The notes beneath the pieces are model-generated. The model was not told the origin of the DNA. It ran no database searches and saw nothing but the letters and a program-made list of their open reading frames with translations. From Azolla caroliniana (taxonomy: Eukaryota > Plantae > Polypodiophyta), in assembly GCA_043228905.1 (NCBI GenBank), contig JBHGNT010000011.1, positions 13,826,001 to 13,890,000 of the forward strand: a DNA stretch of 64,000 nt, written 5' to 3'. The translations under genes and the position numbers were made by a program. Below are positions 27,691 through 40,304 of this stretch, piece after piece. Every line of letters starts with the position of its first letter. The first letter of the stretch is position 1.

Positions 27691-29623
27691 AATCTCCAAC
27701 AAGGTGGAGATTCGGCCTCCACGAGTTTTCTTCTCTTTTACCTCTCTTCCACAAAGGCTTGCAAATGATTAGCACATGGGATCAAGCTTAATACACTTTA
27801 TTAACACAAGTACACGAGATTAAGACCAAATGACCTAAACTCAAATTTATTTGGCCAAAATAATTACAATGGTGATTAAGAGAAGTTGTTACAAATGATT
27901 ACAAGAGAAACATGTGCGGTAAATTAGTTGCAAGGATGCAAGTTATGTGGTCTTTGACAAGGCCTCGCGGCTACAACACCGTAATTGTTGAGGTAGTGTC
28001 CTTATGCCACTTTGAGCCTCTTTCCTTTCCCGACAAGCTAACTCTACCTCTCTGAGCGAGACTAACCCAAAACACCCTCAACCTCAAACCCTAAACTCTT
28101 GAGTAGGAAAAATAAGAGTAAAAAGAAAGAAATCTAAAAAATAACCTTAACTCTCAAACTATGTTAAAAATAAGAAGAACTTCACCAAATCCTAATGGTG
28201 CACCTCGAAACCTAGAATAAGCAACCCGAATCAAAAGTAGTATGTACTAAAAAGGGAATAATTCCTTAATGCATGTTGAGGAAGATTTAAAATATACACC
28301 TCTTGTATTTGGTCAATGTCCCTAACCATTAAGCAACTTATTTTTGCTTATTATATATATCTTTTCATATATACGTATTTATGTTTTTGTTGTTGTGGTT
28401 GGCGCCCTTTTTTGTCCACTTTTTACATTTAGGCCCGCCACATCATGACATTGGGCAAAGGGCATAGAACCTGAATGTAAAGGAGTAACAATCCCAATTA
28501 GTACCAACTTATTTCTCTACTTTTCATTCTCCGGATTCCAAGCTAAAGCTTCTTCCTCTCTTTTCTTGTTGACTGGTACCAAGTGTTTAACTATCAGCCT
28601 TGCGTTGATTATATATCCTTCTCTTATAGTACGTGTTAAGAGCATTGATAAAGTATTAGGTCAAGTCCATGAACTTCTTGTTTAAGTTAGTTTTAATGAG
28701 GGAGTGAGGAGAGGTAAGTTTGGATTGTTAACATGATCATAAATTGCTCAATACTAGTTGACGACCACTCTTACCATCTTGCCAATAATAGGGTAAATGA
28801 TACTTTATCCTTGCATGTGATTCTAATGAGGGGCTTAACATTGGTCGAGATTACAATGTGTGCTCGATGTAACACACAAGAGCGACACACCATCATATGA
28901 TGTTTCACATGGTTTTATCTCAAGGTATCCTAAACCTTGACATGTTCCTTATCTCATGGTTTCCAACTAGTAGGTAAAAATTATTTAATTTGAACAACTA
29001 CTATGAACCCAAGTCGCATGTTATAATATTTCGAAAATAAACAAATAATTATTTAATGAATTAATTATTTTTTTGTACTAACAATTAAGCCCGCTAGAGA
29101 CCTTGCCTTGCACATTTATATGTTGTAGGCAAATCATCACACAAACTTGTTATGATTGGCATTGCTTTATGGGAGAGCAATATCTCGTATGTCAATTGAT
29201 AGTGAGTTCAACAATGTACTTGTGAATTAGACGAGTAATGTCAATATTGGACATGACACAACTTCAAGGCATAATATTAATGACATAATTGTAAAAATTA
29301 CCAGACAACTCTTAAACTAATAACATAAATTTAGCATACTAAATTCCGGAAAGCTCATTCGATCGGGGCAATAAATAAAAGAAGAGATACTAATAAGAGA
29401 CATGAAGCTAATATGTTATTATTATGATCAATCTATGTCGAGATTAAGATAAACTGACACACACAATATTTATAAATAAATTCATCAATAAAATTCCTTA
29501 GTATGATATTCGAGAAGAATTAACAGTCGATACATTTAACTCAATTAAACCATCATCCAACACTTGCAAAGTTTAATCAACAATTCCATTTAATCACATT
29601 GTGGTGCATTTAATCCAAAACGT

Positions 29624-32600
29624 TGTCGTGATGTGGCATGTCTAGTGCGAGAAAAAGTCAAAAATTGAGGATCCACACACATTTCACGAATACTTGCAAA
29701 AATGAAAATAAATAAACCTAGGTCACAATGGCATTGAGTGCATGTAGAGGGTTGCAAGTAGGATTTGAACCTTGCACCTCTAAGATAAGAGGCAATTACC
29801 CTACCACTAAAGCTACTACTAAGTGCTTTAGATGTTCTATATTTCTTTCTCATATTCAGTATTCCTTAGGAAACAAAAGTACAAAACCGTGTACACAAAA
29901 CCACGGTTTTAAGCCCATGGTTTTCTGCATGTCACAAAGCAAAACTATGTGCACAGAAACCATGGCTCCAAGCCCATGGTTTTGTGCATGGACAAACCTA
30001 TAAAACCCCTAGTACAACTTGTGTAAAGGGGGGGGCTCAATATGTGATATTAGTATCATCACCATCAATATAATTTGCTTCTTAATATTCTTCTTGAAAT
30101 ATATCTTCTTCTCAAGTGTAAAATCTTTGATCTTCTCAAGTGTGACATTAGTTTCCTCGATTCCTACATACACATCATCATCTTTTCGACAATTTCACGA
30201 ATGTCCTCCCCGGTTCGAAACCCCGGTGGTCCCACTCAAACGAAGCACACACGCACGCGCATCTTCGCGACATATTTTGGTGAACCTGACATGAAGAGAG
30301 ACATGGGAGGATGAAGATGGATGAGGAATATCTCATGAAGGCAATGTCGAAGATGATGATGGAATTTTCGAGAGAAAGTAAAAGACGAGATGCGGCCCAA
30401 CAAGTCGTCGAAAGCGTGGTCGAGCGAGTCGGCTATTTCGACGGGGGCATAGTCCAAAAAAATTTAGACACCTACAATGCCGAGATGGATTCGAGAGGTG
30501 TAAAAGAAGCTACGAGGCTGGAATACTTTTGTCAAGTGGTGGCTGAACCGAACTACAAAGAGGTAAAAGAGCTTCAAGAAGCTCATGATTCGTGGGTGAC
30601 TTTCAAGGAGGCTCTATTGGAGGCATATGGCTACAAGAGACCGAAGGGACAAAGTCTATACATGTTTGACCAGTGGGTGTCATCGAGGAAGACCCACCAA
30701 AGTGTTATGCATGCATTCATTGAGTTTGAGTGTCGGTTCACTCAACTCTCGGAGCGGGAACAAGGATTGGTGGGGGCGAATAAAGTCTTAATGTCCGTCA
30801 AGTCGATTGATCAGAATGAAAGGACGGCCATTGGAATCCAACTCGAGGATGACGATGGTGCAAATGGCCTCATCGAGGATTGGGCCAAAGTGGAAAGTGT
30901 ATGCCGACAACACGACGAGAGGAAAATGAGATTCTCATCGACAACAACACGACCCATGAGGGATGTTCAAAGGAGAACGGGATGCAATACACCACCACTA
31001 AAGGAAGAAAACTCGAAGAGGGAAGATTCGATACTCAACATAGAAGCCTTAATGAGAGAAGCATTCAAGAACTTAAGATGCAAGGTGATGTTGAAGAGCA
31101 GCTTAAAATGGAGTGAAAACCGAGGAGAACGGTGATCGAGGAAAAAGAGACCTCCCAACAAATATGGGTTAATGAAGTGGCCGATACAAAGGCTCAAGTT
31201 TTTTATGACAATACCACGGGAGAAGGTGTGAAACAAGCCATCTTCTCAACTTACGGGGGAACGACGATCAAGAGAAAGGACGAAGACTCGAGAGTGGGAA
31301 ATGCTGCTTTAAGAGTGGACGAGCATTTCGGAACACATGTTGTGTCCGAAATATCGAGTGATGAAGGTGCAAGCATGAGCAAAGCTTGCGTAATCAAGGG
31401 AGATAAAGAGTGTGATGTTGACGTGATTGAGGCAGTAGCCATGAGGAACAACATCGAGTCGGAGATGGCTATGGACAAGTCCACGACGGATGGCCATGTC
31501 GAGACTTTCCCAACACTTGATCTAGAGACTTGGGCAGTTGTGTTCGAGAGCCAACATGAGACCCAAGAGACAGAAAGCGGCGGGGAAACCAATGCAAATA
31601 ATAACATTGAGGGAAAGATGTCTATGGATGAGTCGACAGTGACCGATAGTGCCGAGGTTCTCCCCACAAATGTTCCTGAGACTTCGACAGTTGTGCCCGA
31701 GTGTCAATGTGAGACCAGAGAGACGGAAGGTGGCGGCTGGAAATTGAAGGACCGAAATGATGAGGAGGAGGATGGCAACAGACAAAGGAATCCCTCCACA
31801 CCAGTTCTGGAGACTTCAGCAATTGTGCCCAAGAGCGAACATAAGACTGGAGAGATGGAAGGTGGCGGCAAGGAGATGAGTGTCGAAGATAGCGCATACG
31901 GAGGAACGATGGCCAACAAGGACGCCAAAAACAAAGCTACAATAGAGTTCGATGAAGAGCCAGATAGCGGCAAGAAAGGAAGAACCAGCATACAATCCGG
32001 ATGGAAGATGACGCGGTTGGTATTCCTACCCGAACGGAAGCCAACCCGAACGAGAGTTGATCAACCAGGCCCGACCCAACCGAAAACCGGATGGAAATTG
32101 ACCCGAACGAAAGTCAATCGTCTAAGTTTGATTCGGCCGAATGCGAATCCGGACGAAGGCCGATCAAGCCAAAAGATGATTGGTCAAGACAGACAGAAGT
32201 TGAACCGGCCTAGACGGAGGTCGAAGCAGACGAGTCGCGACACCCGGTTGAGGCTAGTGAGCATAAGGAAAGGCAAGCATGGGACGAGAAATGATGATAA
32301 AAAGTTAGGTGACCAAGGAGATGGCCGAGGTGAAGGTGGCACATGCATGAGGCATGAAGCGTTATGCTCGGGAGGAGCAAAGGGAGCCATGACAACTAGA
32401 CATGGCAATAAAAAAGGTGAGCGAATGATATGGTGGATCGGATGGCAACGACAGTTCGAAGTAGACCATAAAAAGACGGTGCGGGCGAGGCGCAAGAAAG
32501 GAGGAAATCAAACACCAACCACCTTTGACCTTGCCACATCACTCTTTTCTTCTTGGCACATACCGGAGGATGTGCGGTTTGGTGGGGGTGGATGTCGTTA

Positions 32601-33213
32601 TGTGGCATGTCTAGTGCGAGAAAAAGTCAAAAATTGAGGATCCACACACATTTCACGAATACTTGTAAAAAGGAAAATAAATAAACCTAGGTCACAATGG
32701 CATTGAGTGCATGTAAAGGGTTGCAAGTAGGATTTGAACCTTGTACCTCTAAGATAAGAGGCAATTACCTTACCACTAAAGTTACTACTAAATGCTTTAG
32801 ATGTTCTATATTTCTTTCTCATATTCAGTATTCCGTAGGAAACAAACGTACAAAACCGTGTACACAAAACCACGGTTTTAAGCCCATGGTTTTCTGCATG
32901 TCACAAAGCAAAACTGTGTGCACAGAAACCATGGCTCCAAGCCCATGGTTTTGTGCATGGACAAACCTATAAAACCCCTAGTACGACTTGTGTAAAGGGG
33001 GGGGCTCAATATGTGATATCAGTATCATCACCATCAATATAATCTGTTTCTTAATATTCTTCTTGAAATATATCTTCTTCTCAAGTGTGACATTAGTTTC
33101 CTCGATTCCTACATACACATCATCATCTTTTCGACAATTTCACGAACGTCCTCCCCGGTCCGAGACCCCGGTGGTCCCGCTCAAGCGAAGCACGCACGCG
33201 CATCTTCGCGACA
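29624..33213 (+). mobile_element. Non-autonomous gag-only LTR retroelement (3590 bp, Gypsy-like)
   Basis: LTRs 29624-30272 and 32593-33213 (TGTCG...CGACA), 4-bp TSD ACGT. PBS TGGTGAACCTGACATGA at 30278-30294 matches the plant tRNA-Trp 3' end with 2 transitions. G-rich tract at 32581-32592. Gag-like ORF 30311-31135 (SWVTFKEALLEAYG) plus a low-complexity ORF 31132-32637. No protease, RT, RNase H or integrase core motifs. Confidence 0.9.
29752..29822 (-). other. tRNA-like Pol III cassette inside the 5' LTR (second copy at ~32721-32791 in the 3' LTR)
   Basis: Minus strand reads TAGCTTTAGTGG (A box) ... CTCTTAT (CTT anticodon-like loop) ... GGTTCAAATCC (B box) with tRNA spacing. Acceptor and anticodon stems do not pair well, so it is not a functional tRNA. 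Confidence 0.65.
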
Positions 33214-34199
33214 ACGTAATGTAGACGTGTCTGCTTATTATAATATCATCGACGTGACATCCAATAATATCAAGAGTCATTGCAACCTTCGCCAACAATG
33301 CTAAATATACTTGTGATATAATATGTAATCCTTGCACCCAATTACCTCAATTTATTTGTGGCTCTTATGCCATCAAAATTGCGAACGAGCATTGTAAAGA
33401 TAATAATGAAACGTGGATAAGTGTCTTATTTGTTGGGTCATCGATGTGACATATAATTCAATATATTTGTGGCTCTCATGTTAGCAAGATCATGGATGAG
33501 CATTTTAACAAAAAGTGCAACGTTCATGGTGTTAACTATTTGTCAAAAATAAAGCAATTGATGCATGGAAAATAAGTATTCACGGATGAGAATGACTATT
33601 TATTTAAGTCAAGCTTCATTGTGGTATTAATGAAAAGATGCCCAAATGTTGCAAAGAATCCATACAATAAATTATAACTCTCCCACCCACATCTATCAAC
33701 ATGTCTAGTAGCGAAAACCCTCGTGCATGGTCCTTTCAAGACAGGGAGCGGAAAAAACCATATTGGTGGAGCATATCTCCATTTTGTTCTGTCCCCAAAA
33801 AAGGTGAAAACCTCTGGCTTTTTCCAAATTTCTCGAAATTGTTGTTGCTCATCTGGCTCACCATGTATTGCCTCATATTGACCTCTTTGGGTATGCAAGA
33901 GCATCAACCATATTGACCTCTTAGAAACTTTTTTTTTTTTCCAAAAAAGACACTACTTCCCATTAGTTAGCAAAAGAAGTACATCAAAGTTCAGCCATAA
34001 TCCCACCTCTTAGAAACTTTAATGCTACTAGCAAAAGAATAATAGTGTTTTACAACAAGTTACAACAATCCCCCCCCTTGCTGATAAAATAAAACCAAAT
34101 GTAACTAATCCATTGTAATAATCCACATTTGGATGCAATGTCAAACTGTTTAAAGGCAACAAATGGATGTTACATAATTTTTTGTTGATGCACACGTGT

Positions 34200-35250
34200 G
34201 GATAAATTAATGGTAAGTGCTCTCATTCCAAATAGGAGAGCTCAAGGGGCATGTTTAGGGAAAGGTTTAACAATCTCAAGCCAAATGAGGATAGTGCAAG
34301 CGGTCATCGATGAGTGGATAATAGCATAGGTAACTATGGATAACATTGGTTAATTCATTAGAAGTGCAGACATTGATTCTTAAGTTCGTGAAGAGGAGTG
34401 CACATTCCATTCATTCAATACCAGTTCATAAAATAATAATAATAATAATAATAATAAGCAATCTATACACACACCCAAATTTCTATTGTACTCTCGGTTC
34501 TTCTAGGAGATATCAACAAAATGGGTTGTTCTTTCTCCTTTTCTTCTTCTTATATACCTCTTCTCTCTTTCTCTTTGGGCGCCAACACACCATACAATTG
34601 TTGCGGGCTAGTCACCTTGTTGGCAATATCAAGATTGTTGGTGTGTGAAGTTAAGCATTATTTGAGTTTAAAGTTCAATACGATAGCTACGTTAGGTTTA
34701 GCTACCATGCAAGATGCCATGTCGGGTGCTCATAATAAATTGATGGCTTCCTAAATTGTTAGGATTATGTTTCATATTCCCAACAATTATCAAAGTACTT
34801 CGGATAAGTTATGACAAATGCCCAAACTTGTTGGTTTCTTCATTTGGAGGAGGTAACAAGATGGTTAAGATAAGAACTAATGGTGTATAGCACTAACATC
34901 GTCAATATGCACTTGTGGATGGGTGGGGAATCAAAAGTATGGGATTTTCGAAGGCTTTATTAATGATGGGCATATGTGGTCAAACGAGAATAGCACTCTT
35001 GCCCTCCTTAAGTGAATGCATGTTTATGGTGGGTTATGATTGGTGTTTTACCTATTGGAAATGCTTTGATAAACTTTTGCATGAATTTTGTGGAACATAG
35101 TTGGCATCAAGTTTGATAAGATATTGGCAACATATGATTGGAGGTTTATAAATGCAATATGATTTTCTTCAAGTTTTGTTTATGAAAGACCTTTTTAAAA
35201 ATGTGTGTTTTGACAAGTGAGTTGAGTATAACCACATCATTTTTAGTATG
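34200..35250 (+). mobile_element. Possible highly decayed L1-type LINE remnant
   Basis: Fragments QGACLGKGLTISSQMRIVQAVIDEW and DGWGIKSMGFSKALLMM resemble L1 RT and post-RT (GGLGI...ALL) motifs. Weak. Confidence 0.3.
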
Positions 35251-35919
35251 TGTTTGATTATTTGAGTTTTTTTTTTTCGAGGGGGGGGGGGTACATGGCA
35301 CAAATGATGTAGAAGAGGAATGAGTTAGTGTTTGGTGGACAATCTAGAAGTCATAAGCACAATCAACGGTGGAAAGGATGGTAGATATGGGCAATTTTAT
35401 TTGATCGGAAAAGGTGGTAATGTTTGCCCCCCCTATCCTTGACCCACCACATACTTCATTAGGTGGTTTTCGGATCTTGTCCGTCGGGGTCATAAATTTT
35501 GATGCTTGAATTGGATTGGTAGTAGTCAGCTTCCATAAGTTAATAGTAAATACATTATTCTTCACGAAGAAGAAGAAGAAGAAGAAGAAGAAGAAAGGGC
35601 GAAAGGAGTAATAGCAATAAAAAAATAAAAACAATAAAAATAATACTAATAATAACAAAAACAAAATACATTTCATTTATTTCTGCAGCCACACACACAA
35701 AGAGAGCGTAGAAACTTAACCATATACGTATATACAAATGTACGCACATACAATACGTACATACGTATCTGCTATACGCATATGTATATCAATACATACA
35801 TATGTATATATGGTCCTATGGATTCTACATATCCGAGACAGAATCAGAGAGAGTTAAGAGTCTTCAAGAGAAATCGATGAAACTCTGATACACTCACAGA
35901 GACTCTCACCTATCCAGCC

Positions 35920-38900
35920 ATGGGCAGCAATCGGTATCTGATGCTGCTTCCTGCTAGGTAAAATTCTTCACCTCATACTTCTTCTTCCTTTTCTTTTTTT
36001 CTTTTCTTCTTCTTCGGAAGATGGATCCGAGAAGTTGGAAATCTGTGGTGTTGCTATGCTAGTTCACAGGATACATGGAAACATTGAGTACAACAGCGCT
36101 CTTCCTTTTCTGTTTTTGATGTTGTTGCATTCTTCATTTTAATAAAGTCGAGAACGGAAGCTTTCTTTAGGGTTTGGAGAATATGCTGATCGCAGTTAAA
36201 TGGAAACCTTAAAGGAGTCGCTACCACATTCTTAAAACGTTTAATTTGCTTTGGTCAAGTTTCGAAACATTAAAATGGAAGCTTTTTCTACGCTTAGAAT
36301 CAGCAATGATTGCAGTTCTCTAAACATTGTCAGGTTAAAAAGACAAAATAAACTCCCTTGCTCTCTTGCATCTTTGTAAACTTTGCGTTCTCTTCAGTGA
36401 AGCTTCTGAACACTGAAGATGGAGAAGTTTTTATAGATCGGAAGCTGTGTGACTATAGCGCATTGAGATGGAAATTTTAAAGGCTAAAAACGTTTTCTTT
36501 TATTGCTCATTTATTGCTTAAACCTTATATTTTCTGTAATGAATTTTTTTCAGCCTCAAAATGGAAGTAATTATATGCTTTAGAAAGCATGGTAATGGTA
36601 GTTATCGAGGTGTGGAATGATTAAAGACTAAATTGTCGAGCTTTATTTGTTTTTCCATCTTCTTAAACCGTGTAGTTCCGTCAGTGAAGCTTCTTCATTG
36701 AATCAAAGTTTTTTAGGATCTGGAAACTGAGATTATCGTAGTTCATGAGCTTAAAAGCTAATATGTTTTTTTTTTATTGGTTTTCCACCATCATAAACAT
36801 TTTTTTTTAAAACTCAGTCAAGCTTCCCGACCTGACAATGGAGGCTTACAAGGGTCTCAGGGTCTTCTACAAAACCTTTTGGACCTCGGTGAAGCCTTTT
36901 TAGCTTCAGAGATTGGTGAAGCAGATTTGCAGGACTTACAAATCAAGCTAACTGCAGCGAGAAGCAGAGATGATGGTACAATCCGTGAGCTCCAAAAGAA
37001 GATTGAAGAGCTCTCTGGTATGAGTGCGATGGTGAACAGGCTGAAGGTAATAAGTTCTCTCAACTCATGGAACTTCTCACTCACAGGTGATGCTTCCTTC
37101 ATTACAGTATGCTTAGTTACTATGAGGATATCATAATCCAGGATGAACTAAGAGAAGAAAAAGAGAAGGCTAAAGAGGAAGCAGAAGATATGACACAAGA
37201 AATGGCAGAGTTGAGGTATCAGCTGATGGAACGAGTGGATGAAGAGCGAGAACTTCGTGCTCGCACAGAAGAAGCATCCCTAAGAAGAATTTCTGAACTT
37301 GAAACACAGGTTTGAAAGATGGGCCCTCCTAGTTCTTAGATTTATGAACTTTATTAGAGCTAAAAGTATAAATTTCTCACATGTATAATTTGTTTTTGCT
37401 ACGTGCAAGTAGTTGAGGGTCATGTATTCATTGCATTGGGCAGTTAAACCATGCTTGGCGTGAGATAACGAATCTTCGGGGGGCAAAACAGTCTGTTGAA
37501 GTGCAATCGCAGTCACGTTTATTGGAGATTCAGCATCTCAAGGTTGCTTTTGAGGTATCAATTCTTCTTCTTCAATGATTATCAAATTATTGTCGATTCT
37601 ATCTATCTCAATGACAAGGATTTGAATGATTCCTCACATCAGTCATTGTTCACTCATCCTTTTAATTAGGACTGGTTGCTTTTTTTCTGGCATGCCGAAA
37701 GTGCAGCTATAGCCATTTTTTCGTAGCAAAAAGCAGGCGTTTCTTATTTAGCTCCTCATTTTTAAAGCAGGAATTACAATTTTTACTTATTTTTCTGTTT
37801 TGGATATCTGTGAAATCAATCATTTATGGATTTATTCTTTCTTCTCTTTCTAAGGTTCTGTTTTTCTTAATACTTACAAGTACAACAATGGTTGTTTTAG
37901 CATGCTTTTGCAAATTGCATATCCAGGATGATTATTTGTAGCCTTGTTTCCTGATGCAATTTGGTTAAATGTTTATTTACAGGAGGCAAAATCAATCCAA
38001 GAAAACTTGGTGTTGCAGAAGCTAGAAACTGAGAATCAATTGGATGAACTTCAGTCAAAGGTTAAAACACTTGAAATCCATCTGGCGGAGGCGAATAATC
38101 TGCTTCTCGCAGCAGAAGAGAAGGCACATGGATTGGAAGAAGATTTATTAGAACTGAAGAATACACACGAATCAATGTTATTAGATGAAAAGCAACAGAA
38201 AGAGTGGGGAACAGAATCGGAAACAGTAGAGGAGATTCATGCTTGTGATCAAAATGCCAATTATTTGGTACTTACAATAGAAAATCAGAGCAGCTATGTG
38301 GAACATGAAGTGAAAGTAATGCAGAGCTTGATTGCAGATTTCAAGCTTCAACTTCAGTTGCTTGCAATAGAGTATCATAATGCAAAGGATAAGCTCCCTG
38401 TTATCGAAGATGCTTATATTGTTGTTGGTAATGAAAACATAGAGAAAATGATTGATGGACACGATTTGGAAGGCAATAATGCACATGTATTAACAAACAA
38501 CAACGATAAGAAGCTTTATCCACCATGGACACTGCAAGAGGTGGTTGAAATAGTCGACGAAGTCACCGAAGAAATGACAAAACTGCTACGAATTTTGCTC
38601 AAATATTCACAGTCAAGAAAGGCAGATTTCCTTTGCTCTTTAGAGTCACGCTTGCAACTTTGGAGTAATATCCCACAAAAAGCTTTACCTGAAAGGATTA
38701 TGAAGAATGGGGTTCTTGCAGAGTGGGGTGATTTGCTGGTGGATCTAGTTGCACAATGTAGAAGAGAATTACATTCAATGCAGCAGAAAGTGTGGGACCT
38801 TGAGACTGAAATGGATTTAACTAAGTGTGTCCGGGCTGATCTTGCTGCCTTTAGCAAGGAGGTTATGTGTACAAGAGAGGAATTGACAAAGGCAGAATCA

Positions 38901-40304
38901 CATTTTTCCTCTCAACTTTTGCAGAAAGAACAAGTCATAGCTGATCTTGAGGGGAAACTAGAGCAAAGCAACAAATCCCTGCTTCAATCTCAGGAGAAGG
39001 TGAAAGAGATGGAAGAATCAAGTGCTTTGCTCCATGGACTTGTTCGGAGGCTTGAGTTAGAGATAGAAAGATCAAAGTCTATGTGGGCTTTAGAGAAGAA
39101 GACACTTGATGAACATATGCATGAGCAGCATGACATTATCCAGAAAGAGAGGTTAAAGGCAACCAAAGAAGTTGATAGGCTCGAGAGGGTGGTGGAGGAG
39201 CTGCGGCGTAGGCTAGCAGAGAATGAACAAGAGCTAGAAGAGTTAGTAGAGGCGAACAATTTGAATATTGATGCAGTAGTAGCAGCTAAGCTTCGTCAAT
39301 TGGAGCAAAAACTGAGGAATTCTCAGTCATTTGAGGAAGAACTCCAAGCAGAGCGAGCTGAGCTTGCTTCTCAGGTAGTGTGGCTTCAGGCAAAATTAGA
39401 AGAAGCAGAACGTGAGCTAGAAGCTCAAAACGAGCATCATGTGGAGGCTCTGATTCAATACGAAGAAGAACGAAGGCTGCTAGAATTTGAATTAGAAGCA
39501 GGAAAACAAGCTTTACATAAGAAGAACTCTTTTGCATTTCCAGGTAGAAAGGAGAATGATACTGCATTGGGTGGTGAAGCGGGAATCAATGAAGGTATGC
39601 CTTTCCATCAAGATGAGCATAAACAACTAGAGAAGACAGTGGAATTGCTGAAACAAAGGATTTTAGAGAGTGAACAAATGCTAGCCTCACAGCAAGAAAG
39701 TGTTATGCTCCAGAAAGAAATAAATAGGAGTTTAGTTAAGCATTCGGCTCTTCTTGATTCCGAGTTGCTTGCTCTACGGGAGAAGTTGTTAGCATCTGAA
39801 GCACAAGTCCGCGAAATGGAGTCTCTAATTGGAAGTTTGCAGGATGAGTTGCTCCTTGAAAGAATGGAAAGTATGCAGGTTCAAGATGATGCTGATTTAG
39901 AGACAAAAAGAATGAATAGAAGAGAGGAAGAGTTTGTGCAGTTGAAAGTAAGCTTTGATGTGACACTTTCTAGTCTCCAGAGAGACCTTCTAGAGAGCCA
40001 GAAAAGAGAGGAAGAGGCATATCTCCAACTAAAGAAAATGGGACTAGAATTGTCGATAGCCAAAGAAGAGGTGGTAAAGTCAGAGATAAGGTTAAAGAAG
40101 GCTTTGAGACAAAAAGATGAGCAATTAGGTGCAGAGAGAAGTAGAGTTGAAGCTGCCATGGCAGCACGGAAGCAAGCAGAGTATAACCTATATAGAAGGA
40201 CAGAGGAATTGAGAATTCTTGAAAGTGAGAAAATGGAATTGCAGCACCTTGTAAATCACACCAAGGAGATTCATGATCAATTGGAGAGAAAGGGACAATC
40301 TTAA
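35920..40304 (+). CDS. Long coiled-coil protein (myosin-heavy-chain-related type), 4 exons
   Basis: ATG 35920 with a phase-2 donor after 35933 or 35957, then exons 36818-37046, 37142-37309 and 37983-40304. E/L/K/Q heptad-rich. Exon 3 (EEKEKAKEEAEDMTQEMAELRYQL...ASLRRISELETQ) resembles plant myosin-heavy-chain-related proteins as recalled. Exon 1 is tentative. Confidence 0.75.

Noticed and set aside
29752-29822. Functional tRNA-Lys gene
   Set aside because: Acceptor and anticodon stems do not pair and the T stem is partial; kept only as a tRNA-like cassette.
20560-33337. Numerous short antisense and alternative-frame ORFs over the two LTR elements
   Set aside because: Explained as shadow frames of gag-pol or duplicated LTR sequence.
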